A stretch of DNA of 64,000 bases. It comes from Felis catus. Its lineage: Eukaryota. The number at the start of each line of letters is the position of its first letter. Position 1 is the first letter of the stretch. The notes under the pieces were generated by a model. It was given only the letters and a program-made list of their open reading frames with translations. It ran no database searches and had not been told where the DNA came from. Location: positions 102,922,001 to 102,986,000 of the forward strand of contig NC_058373.1 in NCBI RefSeq assembly GCF_018350175.1, in the 5' to 3' direction. Below are positions 48,610 through 62,265 of the stretch, piece after piece. The position numbers were made by a program, and so were the translations under genes.

Positions 48610-49080
48610 CTGCTATGGAAAGCAGAGATTATACGACAGACCAGAGGAGAGTTCTTTCTGATCGAACCAGCAGCTGCTTGTAGAAAATAGTAGAGAGAGA
48701 TCATAGGTATGGAGACAGGATGAAGGCAATTACCAAAAAGTTAGAGATAAGGGAATGAGTCCTGGATTAAGAGTGAAACTAGAGAAATAAAAAGAAAGAT
48801 ACTGTTAACAAAGAAAATGTACAGGACATGGGGACTGGTCTGACACAGGGGTGGGGGTGGCGGGGTGAAGAAGAATGCATTTCTGAGCCTGGAGAACCAG
48901 GTACCATTGATGGCAGACAAAGTGGCAGAGAAGGATGGTGAAGCATTACCTGCGTATTAACCTTTTATATCCAAGTAGAGCTGTCCCGTGGGTGATATAA
49001 CACTCGAGGGAGGATGGGAAATTAGGGCTAGACACGCTAAGTCTGGGAGAGATGTGCTCGTGAATGATGCTGAAATGTGT
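48610..49080 (-). mobile_element. L2 fragment
   Basis: acaggacatggggactgg..ttctgagcctggagaac..atccaagtagagctgtcc..gggctagacac. Confidence 0.6.
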
Positions 49081-49104
49081 ACAGTACCTTAGGACAGGTA
49101 TAGA

Positions 49105-49216
49105 GGGGCACCTGGCTGGCTCACCGGAAAGAGCGTGTGACTCGGGATCTCAGGGTCATGAGTACAGGCCCCACATTGGGTGTATAGATTGCTAAATAAT
49201 AGTAATAATGATAAAA
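49105..49216 (+). mobile_element. Short tRNA-Lys-derived carnivore SINE (no CT tract)
   Basis: ggggcacctggctggctca..gagcgtgtgactcgggatctcagggtcatgag..ccccacattgggtgtatagatt plus A-rich tail. TSD aggacaggtatag (49091-49103) / agaacaagtatag (49217-49229). Confidence 0.9.
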
Positions 49217-50054
49217 AGAACAAGTATAGCAATGGAGAATGACTGACTGAGGATGGAGCCGGTGTGATATGCACATCAGTGATATTTTTGTGTCTGTTGA
49301 GCTATTACTAAGATGATTTTGCTCAAATGAAATCCTGACACCAGGAAACCAGCAAGAAACATAAGAAGCAGTGACGCATTCCATTTTTATTGTCTCTTTT
49401 ATATGTGGACACAAATGTTTTCTTAATTGAATGTCCTCATTTTTCTAAATTCTGCTAGAGAGGTTCAAGTGGGATAAGGCACAGGGAGGTGAAGTCATTT
49501 GCTTTTAGTTGCACGAGTTAATGGCTGCAGTAGTGATATAACTCAAGACCATATCCATTAGGACAGTGTTCCCCAAGTCTGAGAATCGATAATCTATGGT
49601 TTCATTAAAGCAAAAGCATGATGCTTGAAGACGAAAGCATGTCACAGTGTTTCCTGGCACCATAAAAGTTACTTTAATATTGAAATTTTATCCCTGCTGT
49701 TCAGAGTCACACTTTGTATGTGTTATTGAGTGCTTGAAAACAGAAAGTTAGCCGTAAGGAACCTTTATTCAGCTGGATTTGGCTGTTTTGGTCTCTGGTC
49801 AGGCTTCCATTCGTTTCATCTCTGAAATCTGATGATCTAATCTAATAAAATTATAAAAGATTCTAAACTGCTCAGCACTTAATCAGCTTAGTCCAAGAGA
49901 ATTAAATCAAAGCCCTAGGTGTGCACACTTCATTGCTCAGATGCAATCTCACCCTGGGAGACAATCTTATTATTTGGTTACTTATTATTTGGGAGGCTGG
50001 AAGGTTGGGAGGGGATTGCGTGAATTTTGAAAGATATGCCAAGAACCTAACACA

Positions 50055-50260
50055 TGGAGGCAGCTCTGTGGCTTTACTGGGAAGAGTAGGGGTTTGGGCT
50101 GCAGACAGATAGATCTGACCCACGTGCCATCACTTACTAGTTATGTGACGTTGGAAGTTCCTGAGCTTCAAATTCACCATCCATTGAGTTGAGTTAATAG
50201 GACTAACATGGTAGTGTTAAGAATTCATTGAGATTTTATGTATGCATAAAACTTTCTGAC
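50055..50260 (+). mobile_element. MIR SINE
   Basis: gccatcacttactagttatgtgacgttgg..ctgagcttca. Confidence 0.7.
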
Positions 50261-50422
50261 ATACATATATACACATATATGCATATATATTCTAGCCGTG
50301 TGTATGTATATATACACACATATATATCTCCTACTGTGTGTGTGTGTGTGTCCCAGCACTGTGTTTCACAAAAATACAAGTTGGCATTATTATAATTACT
50401 AATTATTCTATTGTTTAAAATA

Positions 50423-50620
50423 TTTTATTATTTACTTATTTATTTATTTTAGAGAGAGAGAACGTGAGCAGGGGAGAGGGGCAGAGGGAGACAGAGAGAG
50501 AATCTTAAGCAGGATCCTCACTCAGTGTGGAGCCTGACACGGGGCTTGATCCCACGGCCCCGGGATTATGACCTGAGCCGAAAACAGGACGCTCAACCTA
50601 GTGACCCACCCAGGTGCCCC
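50423..50620 (-). mobile_element. CanSINE (older subfamily)
   Basis: gagagaatcttaagcagg..atgacctgagccgaaa..ccacccaggtgcccc. Confidence 0.95.
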
Positions 50621-51147
50621 TAAAAATATGTTTTATTAAAAAAATATAGCAGTGGGCTCAAAGAGTGGGGGAAAGGCTACCGGACATATTGTTGAGAGAT
50701 GTTTGTTCTGACTGCATCATGACAGACTTCTGGAAGCCAGAAAGAGACCGATGCCTGGTTATTATGTTCCCCTCCTAGAAAACACAATTGAAAGAACATA
50801 GCTCTGGTGCTGGTTCTGAAAGGTAAACATCACTGGGTGTAGTCCTGAGAAGAATTTTGGGGACAGCCCACTTCACGCCTTATTCCAAGTGTGGAATAGA
50901 ACATGTCCCCTGGGACTGGGCTGGGATGAACCCAACACTGTGAGAAACTCAAGAGAGTTTGGGGGGCATTTTTCTCTAGTGCCTGGTCTTCTTTTGCTCT
51001 CTGCAGTGTGCTGGGGAACAAAGCTTCTTTAGCTTCCGTCCTAGAACAGGCTCTGATTCTATTTTGACAACAATTCAATTTCTCAACTGAATTTTCTGCA
51101 AATATGGAATCTGTTAATAATCAAAGCGGCCTCTTCAGGAAGTTGTA

Positions 51148-51270
51148 AATTCATTTATTCATTGAACATTTATTAGTCCCCTGCTCTGTTCCAGGCACTG
51201 GAAGTGCAGAGACTAGAGACACACAGTCCTTCTGGGCTCATAGGATCTTCCCAGTGAGGGGAGCTGCCAG
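51148..51270 (-). mobile_element. L2 3' end
   Basis: ttcatttattcattgaacatttattagtcccctgctctgttccaggcactg. Confidence 0.75.
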
Positions 51271-52034
51271 GACACAGGTGGACATGCTCAGCCCTGCGGA
51301 TGCTGTGAGAAGGGGAGTCTCAGCCCTAATGAAAGTCTATAAGTAGAGCCCACCCCGTCTCAAAGGCTGGGGAATACTGATGACTGGCATGTTACTGTTC
51401 CTTAGAAGAACTCCCTTTAAATCACCTCAATACTCACAGCATTTCTTTTATGCTTCTGAATCCTATTGCAAGATTTTGGTTCAGGAACTATTTTGAACTT
51501 TTAACAGTAGATTCTGTTGTGACTAAGCAGTGCCAAAGTAACAACTGACATTGTGAGGATATTTATAAACGTACTTTGTCCTTCCCAAAGGGAGAGCTGT
51601 TTAGCATTGCAGAAAGAGGTGAAGTGCCACTGAGTACTATTTCCTGTGATGCTAGAAATCATAGAAAGTTTTCACTATAGCTACGTGAATTCCTGACAGT
51701 GTATAGCTTCTGAAATTTATCTCTTCACTCCCAGTGCCTTTTTAGTCCAAGTGCATAATAATGGTTCTGAAGTCGATGGGTTAGGTATTCTTAAGGCTGC
51801 TTGCTGTCTCTGTGAAAGGCACTCTTGAGTTGTGCAGTGCAGAACTTGCACGACTGAATATGACAGCCCTTAATTTAGGTAGTTTCAAATCACAAAGAGG
51901 AAGCTTCTTGTTCCTCCCCTACCATGGGTCAAGATTGATTATAAATATTACTGAAATGAGAATACATTTGAGTATCCATCCAAATACATGGAACCTCTTA
52001 CTGTCTTTTTTCTCATTATCTATGATTCATATGT

Positions 52035-52372
52035 GAAGAGCTATGTCATTTGGATTTGCATCTATGTTCTATCTCTGGGACCTTGGGCAAATTACCTCAC
52101 CTTTTTGAAGCTTCATCTGTAAAATGGGATGATAATGGCTAATACTTAATGAGATTTCACCATATGTCAGACAACATTCCAAGTCCATTATCTAATTTAA
52201 TGCAAAGTACCTCAGTGAGGTATTGTTGTCATCACTTTCTCTACAGAAGAGTTGACCAAAGCTTAAACTTTGGGATCAAGATCTACCCAAGGTCACCCAG
52301 GAATTAAGTGCAGGGGTCAGGACTTGAATCCAGGTCTGCCTGGCTCAGATGCCCATGCAGTTCACTATGCCA
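52035..52372. mobile_element. Two MIR fragments, tail to tail (+ ~52035-52140, - ~52140-52372)
   Basis: gaccttgggcaaattac..catctgtaaaatgggat, then cccaaggtcaccc..ggacttgaatccaggtctgcctggctc. Confidence 0.8.
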
Positions 52373-53344
52373 TCAACTGGTCACATGGACTGATGTATTA
52401 TAGTCCCCATACAAAATGGGTTTTTCGCCTGAGTTAGCAAGGTGTCAGTTAGCACCTGTCTTATCATTGTTTCAAGACAGACTTTGGTGATGCTCAGATT
52501 TGCCTTGGGAGGTCTGATTCAGTGAACAGGTAGCAGCACCTCCTTCTAACACTACCTTTGACTGAACACACTGTGCAGGACTCCATAGCTCTACTAGAAA
52601 TTTTAGATGACACTTTGTGTTAATGCTAATAAATATTCAGTTCTCCTCTATTCTTCAAATGATATTTGAATCTACTTGAAATTTTTTCTCGGCTGGTTGA
52701 CAGAGTCAACAGTGAATTCTGTGAACCTAAAATGCCATACCTCTGCCTGAATAATTAATATATTCTAGCAACAGCAATCACTGGACCTTTTGGCTACCCA
52801 CTTTGATTGTGTTCATCCAGTTGGACAGAACACCAGTTGTAGCAACTTGAGATTTTCTAAACAAGGGCTTAAAATAATCTAATCAGTTGTCTGGGCTGCT
52901 TTCCCATGAAGAACAGGTGTTGCAACGTAATTGAGTCCCTGATGTTGTCCCTGGAATAAAAGAGGAGAAGACAAGTGAGCTTGGGTCTCCATACAGATGA
53001 CCAGAGAGCATTGTGTAGGATGCTGAATGCCCCAAGGCTGAACTCAGAGTCTGAGGCTCGAAGTTCAAGGCCTTTCCCCAGGCCAAGTCCAGAACACTGT
53101 GTTGATTGAATCATGTTAGGGTTTGTTTCTCATCTTCATTTTCTTTTACTTTAATTTTTTGAGTAATTTTCTCTGATTATAAATTTTTATCTGTTCTTTT
53201 TGGCAAACTTTTGAAAAATAAAAGCACAATGAAAAACAGAGGACACTTATAATGCCACTCTCTAAAGATAACTGTTATTAATATTTTAATGTATTTTCCA
53301 GTAGATATAGATGTAGATATAAGGTATATAGTTTATAACTACAA

Positions 53345-53871
53345 TACCTTCCTGTTGCTGCCATAACACATTACCACAAACTTAGAGTCTTATAATCAGA
53401 CACATTTATGACTCTGTAAATCAGAAGGTGTAAGTGTCACTGGGACAAATCAAGGTGGTGTCAGGGTGTTCTTTTTGGAGACTCTAGGGGAGAATCCATT
53501 TCCTTGCACATTCAGGTTTTTAGCAGAACTCAGTTCTTTGTGATTGTAGGAATGAGATTCTCATTTCTTGCTGGCTATACATCAAGGGCCATTCCCAGCT
53601 TCTGGGGCAACTCACATTTCTTGGCTTGTGGCCCCCATCCCCATCTTCAAAGCCAGTGGTGGTTGATCAAGTCCTTCTCACGTGGTGTCTCTCTGATCGC
53701 AGCTGGGAATGTTTCTCCGTTTCAAGGACTCGATTAGATTAGGCTCACCTGGATAATCCATTTCAAGGTCTGTAACCTTAATCACTTCTGCAAAGTCTCT
53801 TTTGCCGTGTAAGGTAACATAGCCAGAATTGGAATGTGTACATCTTTGAGGGCCATTCTTCTGACTACCAA
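53345..53871 (-). mobile_element. MaLR solo LTR (MLT1D-like)
   Basis: ttgctgccataacacattaccacaaactta..ctctaggggagaatcc..ccttaatcacttctgcaaagtctcttttgccgtgtaaggtaacat..gactacca. Confidence 0.9.
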
Positions 53872-53898
53872 AATGACATTGGGAACATCCATTTATTG

Positions 53899-54038
53899 AA
53901 GGAGTCTCAAACTTCAGTGTGTATAAGATTCACCTGTGGAGCTGTAGGTTTGAGGTGGGGTCTAGGAATCTTTATTTTAGCAGGCTCCTCCTATGATTCT
54001 GGAACAGTGGTCCATGAATCACACTTAAGAAAGCTTGG
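53899..54038. mobile_element. MER5-like hAT MITE
   Basis: tctcaaacttcagtgtgtataagattcacctg..gtaggtttgaggtggggtctaggaatct..tggtccatgaatcacactt. Confidence 0.8.
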
Positions 54039-55419
54039 TCATGGCGTCAGCATCCTTCTAGCATATATATTTTTTAATGAATGCATAGCATGCATGTATC
54101 ATTTTCTTTTTTATAAGTAAGTCTTTCATAATCTTATTGGTAATTACTTCTTTATACCATCCACAATTATTTCTTTATCACACCTCCTTTAAAAGAAAGG
54201 AAATGCAAAACTCTTTCACACTTATGAGCAATTCCGTGCCTGGGTGTGTAGTGTTTTGTTTTTGTGGTGGCGGTGCTTGTATTTGTTCATTTATTGGAGC
54301 ATTGAGAACCCCAGGGCCTCTATCTTTCCAAATGTTAAGAAGAGGCTGACAGCATTATTGATCATCTGCCTGTCGCAGTGACTGGCCACGGTCTGTTCCT
54401 GCAGTGTTTGACCATTGCGTTTCTGTCGCTGGAAGTTGCCCTGCTCACTGGGGATGGCAGAGAATGCGTTTTCTGAAGTTCATAACTCACCCAAACCTCC
54501 TGGGTTCAGTGTTTCCACCTGAACTGGAAAATTCTGATGTGCAAGTTCATTTACTTTTAAAATGTTCTGTTTCTAAGACAAAGGGTTCAGAAAATCCCTG
54601 GTAAATGGCTTCCAAAGCTATCAGAGAAGTGGAGACACACAACATTTAATGACTTAAGTAGAAAGGAATAGTGGCACAAATATCTTCCTTAAATTACTTA
54701 GTTTTAAAACTGGAAAAATATTGGGCAAAACAACAACAACAATAAAAACCCCAAAACCTGGGGGTTCCATTTCCTTATACTTGAGATTTGGAATAATTGT
54801 AAACTACAAAGAATTGTCATTTATTTATTTATTTATTACCCTAAAAGGAACTTGGTTATGTTGAAATCTTGGAAATTTAATGTACAGGAGGTTTTTTCCC
54901 CTCCTAAATCAAAATCTTTGTAATGAAACATCATGTGCATTTTTCATTCTGCTACAGATTAAGATTTCATTTTCTGAAACCAGAGTTGATAGCATTAAGT
55001 GAAACATAGTTCAGACAAATTACATTTTACTAAGCAATGAATCTGTTTATAGGTACAGGAGTAGGCTATTGTGAAATTAGTGACTCTTATGCAATGTGGA
55101 GGCCTAATGGGGGCTCAAGATTGACTGTGAACAAACCCAAAGGGAAGGACACTATAGAAGATGAACAGACAATTGCACTTCCTAAGCTGTTTTTGAAAAG
55201 AAAGTCCTGGAAACTAATAGTTTAGTGTCTAAAGGAATGTGGTTTTTTTTCTTTCCTTTGCTATAAATAAATTGTTCCAGAGCCGCATCTGCCCAAAGAA
55301 GAGGAGATTCTAAGTGTGTATATTTGCATGTGTGGGTTTTAGTGAAATAAACAAGAAGAATCCTGTTGTGGAAGAACTTTCTCTGGTTGACGAGCTCCTG
55401 ACATCTTTTGAACACTTTA

Positions 55420-56279
55420 GTTTTATTTTATTTTATTTTATTTTATTTTATTTTATGTTAATTGAGATATAATTGACATATAACTTTGTATAACTTAAAG
55501 GTGTACAATGCACTGATTTGATACATTTACCTATTGCAATATGATTATCTCACCATAGCGTTAGGTAACACATCTCTCATATCGCATAATTATCATTTGT
55601 TTTTTTGTGGTGACAACATTTAAGATCTACTCTCTTAGCAACTTTAAGGTATATAATACAGTACTGTTGACTATAATCACTATGTTGTGCATTTGATCCA
55701 GAACTTACTCATTTTCTAGTTGCAAGTTTATACTGTTTGACCAATACCTCCACAGTTCCTCTACCCCCTATAATTCCTGGTAACCACCATTCTACTGTTT
55801 CTTTTAAAATTTTTTTTGAGAGAGACAGAGACAGCACCAGTGGGGGAGGGGCAGAGAGAGAGGGAGAGAGAAAATCCCAAGCAGGCCCCACACTGCCAGT
55901 GCAGAGCCCGACTTGGGGCTCAAACCCACGAAACCACAAGATCATGACCTGAGCGAAAACCAAGAGTTGGACGCTTAACCGACTGAGCCACCCAGGTGCC
56001 TATCTGCTTCCTGTTTCTATGAGTTTTGCTTTTTTAGATTCCACATATAAGTGAGATCCTACAGTATTTGCCTTTCTCTATCTGACTTCTCTCATTTAAC
56101 ATAATGCCCTCAAGGGCCATCCATGCTGTTGCAAATGGCAGGATTTTTTTCTTTCTCATGAGTGAATAATAGTTGATTGTGTGTGTGTGTGTGTGTGTTG
56201 TGTGCGTGTCTGTGTGTGTGTACATATCACATCTGCTTTATCCATTCATCCATTGTTGGACACTTAGGTTATTTCCGTA
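55420..56279 (-). mobile_element. L1MA-class 3' end with (ATTTT)n tail
   Basis: aattgagatataattgacatataac..taagatctactctcttagcaacttt..tagattccacatataagtgagatc. TSD tgaacacttta (55409-55419) / tgagcacttta (56280-56290). Confidence 0.93.
55803..56000 (-). mobile_element. CanSINE nested in L1MA
   Basis: Ends ggacgcttaaccgactgagccacccaggtgcc. Confidence 0.96.
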
Positions 56280-56454
56280 TGAGCACTTTAAAAATGTATT
56301 AAATTCTGGAGTTTAATAGTAAACACTTTAACCTTACTTCTGCTCTTTGGAGACACTAAATATAAAGGTAGGGATTCTAGAAATTAGAGGGAGATGGGGA
56401 GAGCAGAAGAAAGTCTAGAAAGGTCCAAGTAAAATAGAATAGCTCATTTAAAAC

Positions 56455-57100
56455 GTAGTCACAACTCCAGGTGTTGGAGAGTATATGGGGCCACAGGAAC
56501 TCTTGTTGGTGAGCCTGTAAAATGGCACATCAAATTTGGAAAATAGTTTGGCAGTATCTTAGAAAGTTGAATGTACACTTATCGTATGACCCTGGGATAT
56601 TCCTGGGTATTTACCCAAGAGAAGTGAAAATATTTCAGAAGACTTGTGCATGAATAGGCATAGCAGCTTTATTCATAATAGTGAAATGTTGGAAACAACC
56701 CCTAATGTTCATCAGTAGGTGAGTGGATTTTTAAACAAAATGTGTTCTATTCATACAATGGGATACTGCGTAGCAATAGAAAGGAACGTACTACCTATAT
56801 ACACACAAAAAAATGGGTGGGTATCGAAACCTTTCTGTTGACCAGAACTAATACTACATGTGGTATGTTTCATTTAAATAAGACTCTAAAAAAGACAAAT
56901 CTGATCTTCAGTAGATGTGACAGTGGTTGTCTGGGGCTGGAGGTGTAGATAGAATTGACTGGGAGTGGCACAAGGGAGCCGATTTGGAAAATTTCCACAT
57001 CTTGATTCAGATGATTCACGCTTATCAAAACTCACTAAACTGACAGAGTGTGTCTATTTTATTATATGTAAATTGTGCCATAGTGAAATTGATTTTTGAA
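56455..57100 (+). mobile_element. Old L1 (L1MD/ME-like) ORF2 end plus 3'UTR
   Basis: ttggaaaatagtttggcagtatctt..tatgacc..tcctgggtatttacccaagagaagtgaaaa..agcagctttattcataatag. Confidence 0.85.
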
Positions 57101-57534
57101 ATGTAGTTACAGGAGAGAACGAACTGGTGATAGGTGTGGTTCAGAACCACTTCACGGCATTGCAGACAATTATGGCAAGAAGTGAAAATACTTCAGACTG
57201 GTTTTAAGAAGTGCTAACACAAGGCTCATTGCTCTGTCATCTGTGAGTGAGTTGTTAGACACCCAAAATCCCTGTAAGGGGATTCCCACCATTTTTTACG
57301 TGAATCACACACATGCATACACACAGAGCTGCTCAAGGGAGAAGATGAACGTGAGGAACACCTTATCCTTGCTTCTAGATTTTAGTTCAACATATTCACT
57401 GAGTTAACATCTATTGGTTTTGCCAGGTGCAGAGTGCTCCAGGGAGAATATATGGTTCTCACCTTTTAAGGGCAAACAGTCCAGCAAAGGCTCAGGGATC
57501 TTAACAAAGACTCAGCACAGTGAGATTAGTTAAC

Positions 57535-57780
57535 TATAATGACAGCAGTACTAACAGTCACTTATTGAGTGCTTTCCTGTGGCAGGCACTTAGCATAGCA
57601 ATTAATATATTATCTCATTTAATCCTTACAACATGGGTGAAGCTTGGCACTTGGGTGCTGTTAGCTCCCTATTTTACAGAAGACACAAGAGAGGCTCAGA
57701 GATGTTAAGTAACTTACCCAGTATTACGCAGTTAATGAACAGTAAATGGCAGAGCTGAAGTCTGCTCATAACCATTATGT
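57535..57780 (-). mobile_element. MIR SINE
   Basis: cacttattgagtgctttcctgtggcaggcact..atctcatttaatcct..gaggctcagagatgttaagtaacttaccca. Confidence 0.9.
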
Positions 57781-58594
57781 TGTAGCCCAATAGTAGAGTA
57801 TGTGTGGTACTAATATAGAGCATTTATTTGACGTTGAGTATTCAAAAACCATTACAATTTGCCCAGGCTTGATCAGACCGCCCCCCTCCTCAAATTCCAG
57901 GCCTGCCAGAGAAAGTCAGGTTTGTTGTCCCCCCGCCCCCCCAATAGGTACTATGGTTACCTTTGTCCAGATTCTCTTTAAGATTGTCTTTCTGAACAAT
58001 AGGCTGGACTCTCTGTAATCCCTTACACTGACATTCTTCCGCCAGGGGAGCCTGCCGAGCCGAATAATGTTCCTGGATTTGTGTCTCTCATGTTGTCACT
58101 GATTAGTCCTAACTCTTCCTGGCAAGGCTCCTGCCAGGCTATTTCAGGAAACAAAAATTCATTACATACATCCTTATTGATTTTCCCTCTCCTTTGCTTA
58201 TTACTGAAATGCTTTTCCCTCCCTCTCTTGAAGCAATAGCATTGCAATTACTGGAAGGTCTGCTCTCCCCAGCAGCCTGCCCCCAGGCCCAGAGGCCCTT
58301 GCTGATGCTCCCAGGAGGCAGGCACAGAGGGGCTGGAACAGCTGCAGCGTGTCCCTACCCTGTCCTCCAGGAGTGAGCTGACTGATGGCCTCCTTATAAA
58401 GTGGCTCCTGGGTGTGTGACTTGGTAGTGTCTCATTATACAGCCCCCAGGACTGTTTCTAGTGATCATCTGAGTATCCTGGTTTCCTTGAGTTCCTTCTC
58501 TAGTAATTTTCGGTGTAAATGCTTCAGTGAGTATCTCTGGAAAACCACTCCGCTTTCGGGGAGTCAAAGAAGAGGAACTAACTTTTATTGAGTG

Positions 58595-58840
58595 AGTTAA
58601 AATATTATTGAAAATGTTTTTATTGAGTAGGTGCTAGGTTCTGGGGACTTGTGTGAGCAAGACACAGGATTTTGATCTTATGGATTTTATAGCCTGGTAA
58701 AGGATATAAACAACAATAGTAACAGTAGTAATAACAACGTCAAAACACAGAATAATAAAATAATTACAGGTTGTAGTAAAAGCAGTGTCAGAACAGTAGA
58801 TGGCTGAGATAGAAGAAAAAAATAGCTAGGGATTATTTTA
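58595..58840 (-). mobile_element. L2 3' fragment
   Basis: tttattgagtaggtgctaggttctggggac..gtgagcaagacac. Confidence 0.65.
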
Positions 58841-60404
58841 GACACCTTCGCATGCAGTATCACCCATCTATCAAAACACCCATGCAGGATGTGTTCTCCC
58901 TGATCTTGGACATCACATTAGGGAGTTTGTTTCAAGAGACAGTGGGAGTGGGATGCAAGGCCACATCTGTCTGACTCGAAGCCAAGGCTCTTCCCTGGGA
59001 GCTGTGTTCTAAGGCACAGGAGCCATCCTCTCCCCGCCCCCCCATGCTACTCTCCACTCCTGAGGAACGTGGTTTAGTTTTTAGGCTACACTGTTGGCTC
59101 TTGGTGCAGTTCTGTTCTCCTGCCTGCAAGCTCCCTGTCTGACAGAAGACAAGAGAAACCCAAGTGTTCCAAAGGAATACATGGTGTACTGGGTATAATT
59201 CGCTCCCAGGGGAAGCCCTCGGACTGTTTAGTGATCCAGGCCAGGCCAGCTCTTGGTTTCTAGTGGGTGAGTTCTGCACCAGGACACCTCGTATCTGGAA
59301 ATGATCCCTTTGCTCTCGGACTGTCGTTCTAGACTCCTGGGCACGTGCACTGTAACTTTCACATAGCCTGTTTTCCACTCTGCCAAGTGCCCCATAGTTA
59401 TTTACATTTCTGCCTGGGGCTCTCCATCATGTCTGTGCCGCCTGTCCTTTTCCTAGCAGTGTGCATGAGGGCATCCCCCTGGGAGAACACAGTTCAGGTC
59501 TCAGGTGCACAGAAGGGCAAAGGGGTTGTGGGAGACTGCCCCTCCAGGCTCAAGCCCCAGGGCACGTATCCTTGTGAGGAGGCCTTGGGAAATGCCCCCA
59601 AGACTTGGGCAGACCCCACTTGTTAACATGTGTGAGCTTCTGGAGGGCCCTAGGAAATCTCAGGCCAAGGCCAACAGAGGGAGTGCTGTTGGTGGGAGGA
59701 GTCTGAAAACGAGCACCAGGACATGGGCTTGTGGCATGCGCAGTAGTCCATCAGGAGAAGGTGATGAGCTCCATGCCTGCCTCCTTATCTGCGCTCCATA
59801 GCTGCAAAAAGCTGACTCCTGTATGTGCTCTCTCCTTCTGTAGAATGTACACGCATACCCACACTGAAGCACTTCACAGCTTACAGTCAGGGGTTCAAAA
59901 CAAAACAAAAACTTTAATCTCCCATGGCAAAAACAACTCTCATGTCAAGCCCATGGCAGAAAACTGCACTTTGTTCTTTCCAAATGCGCTTGATCCCTCT
60001 AGTGTTTTTCAGTATTTTCAGGGTTAATCCCAGTCAATTCAGGATAGCTACCTCTGCCCCACCTTTTCCCTTCAGGGGGACCTAAGAGCCCTGGTTTTAC
60101 ATGATGTCACAGATTGAGTGTGTGGTGGAGGGATGGGGGCATGATCTGGTCCTTGACTGTTTTCAACTTGGTGCAAATCCTCTTGTCTGGCTTTTGGTGA
60201 CTGGCTTATTTCCTGTCAGCATCTTCTGAGATGCTCACCATCTCTCATGTGGTCTTGGGCAACAGGTTCTCACAAGTCACTTGACTATTATTAGTATATA
60301 TATTATACACACACACACACACACATATAACACATATTATAGGAATGTATATATTACACACATATATCCAGATTATTTGACTATCATAACAATAATAATT
60401 ATGA

Positions 60405-60580
60405 CTTTTAAAAAGAGACAGCATATGCACATATGTGCACAGGGGAGGGGCAGAGGGAGAATCTTAAGTAGGCTCCCTGCCTAGCCTGGAGCCCTACTCC
60501 AGGGCTCGATCTCACAACTGTGAGATCATGAGCCGAGCCAATATCAGCTCAGCTTAATGACTGAGCCACCCAGGTGCCCC
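60405..60580 (-). mobile_element. CanSINE (older subfamily)
   Basis: gagaatcttaagtaggctcc..gggctcgatctcacaactgtgagatcatg..gactgagccacccaggtgcccc. Confidence 0.93.
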
Positions 60581-60634
60581 AATTATTATTATTTTGATGC
60601 TTTGGAAGAGAAACAGGGACTCATAGATCCATTG

Positions 60635-60955
60635 TCTGTCTAATGCCTTTTTTTGAAACCCTCTTCCCCCATTTTTTTTTCATGGCTAACTTGCACATTC
60701 CTTAGGCTTTAGCTGAAATGTTATGTCTCCCCCAGTCTAAATGAACTGGTTCTCCCTCTGAGAACTGTGTACTTTCTTTTCATAATGTTTATCAGTCTAA
60801 ACATAAATATACATGTGTCATTCTCTGTTTAAGGTCTGTCTGATTCCCTATCTCCACCCCGTTCCATCATAAACACCACAAAGGTCAGGATTTTTCATCT
60901 GTTGTGTTTGCTTCTACATTCTCAGCACCTTGACAAATGCTTGGTATTTACAAGT
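60635..60955 (+). mobile_element. L2 3' fragment
   Basis: catggctaacttgcacattccttagg..tctacattctcagcacct. Confidence 0.6.
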
Positions 60956-62265
60956 CACACACACATAAATATAGAAAAAGGAAAAAACTTGAGGCCCTGG
61001 ACTTACCCAGATTCCATGGCTAATTAGTAGAACTAATTATTCAAGAGCACTTGAATAAATATATCCTCATAAAAAAAAAACAAAAAACAAAGCAAAAAGA
61101 ACAGCATCACTTGAACTCACACCTCTGGTGGCCCATAACAGGGCTTTTTCCAATATGCCATGCAGAGTGAGGTTGCCTTTGACAAGGTGTTAAAAATCCA
61201 GTTAATTCCTTTCAGATTCTAAATCCCTGTTTTTAATTAAGAAATGATAGAGTGTAAGATAGTGAGTGAGTGGTGTGAAAGAGGGTGCCAAATGAAAAGT
61301 GACTTTACCCTGGATTGCTTGGAATTACACTTTTGCCTCACAGCGCTCCCAAGAAATCCTTGATGTGGGACCTGCTGTGTTCATGTCAGGGAGCCAAAAG
61401 AAACATGAAGGAATGGCAAAGATTCTCTCCACTGACCTTGTGGGGAAACCTTGTTCTGTCTGCACCTGTGCACCAGGGCTCTGAAGTCTCTCTGGATGAG
61501 AGCCAAGGTCAGAGGCACATGGGCAGAGCTGATTCCAGAGCAGAGGTCTGCCTGAGTCTCTGACTACGGAAGTTACAGCCTAGAGGGCATACGAAATAGT
61601 TGACCCAATGAAATATGGAGGCTGTGGTGGAAGAGGGAAAAGTGTCATTGGTAAAAGTGTCATCTCTGGCCCATTGTCTGTTTATCATAATGGTGATGGA
61701 ATGGTTCTTGCCCCGGAGTTTGGTGGAGATGTGCATGGACATCTAGATGGGTTGGAAGGACAGAAAGTACATTTTTTTCCCTACTAAATGAAGCTCTTTT
61801 CCTCTTCCAAGCTGGATTCTGGCTGTGAGTGGATTTGTCACTAGCTTCCTAAAAAGGCAAATTGGAGCAGAGTTGTTATGGTGAGGGAGGTTTGCTTGAT
61901 GCTAACTTGGGTCACAGAGCTTGTATCTGATCCAATCCATTGCAGGCTATGGAGCCTGAGTGTCCTGGTGCTGAATTTCAGCCTGGAACAAATCAATTAA
62001 ACAAGACCAAGAGGAGCATGAACTACCAGGGCATTTGAACTTTATGAGGCCGTGCAGTTGACCTTCAACCCAACACTCATTTCTTTTGCCCTGCTGATGT
62101 TACTGCTGTGCATCCAACATGGCCTCAATAATGTTGAGAATGGAAGTTCTGATGTTTAATCTGTTGTCACTCTCACTAAACGGCTGTAGGTCTCCCTCAA
62201 ACTTGAACTGCTGATATTACAGTTAACTCTTTATTAGATATTACACCTAACTCCTAATTATTTAA

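Noticed and set aside
49105..49185. tRNA-Lys-like gene
   Set aside because: Has an A-rich tail, TSD and degenerate stems: a tRNA-derived SINE.
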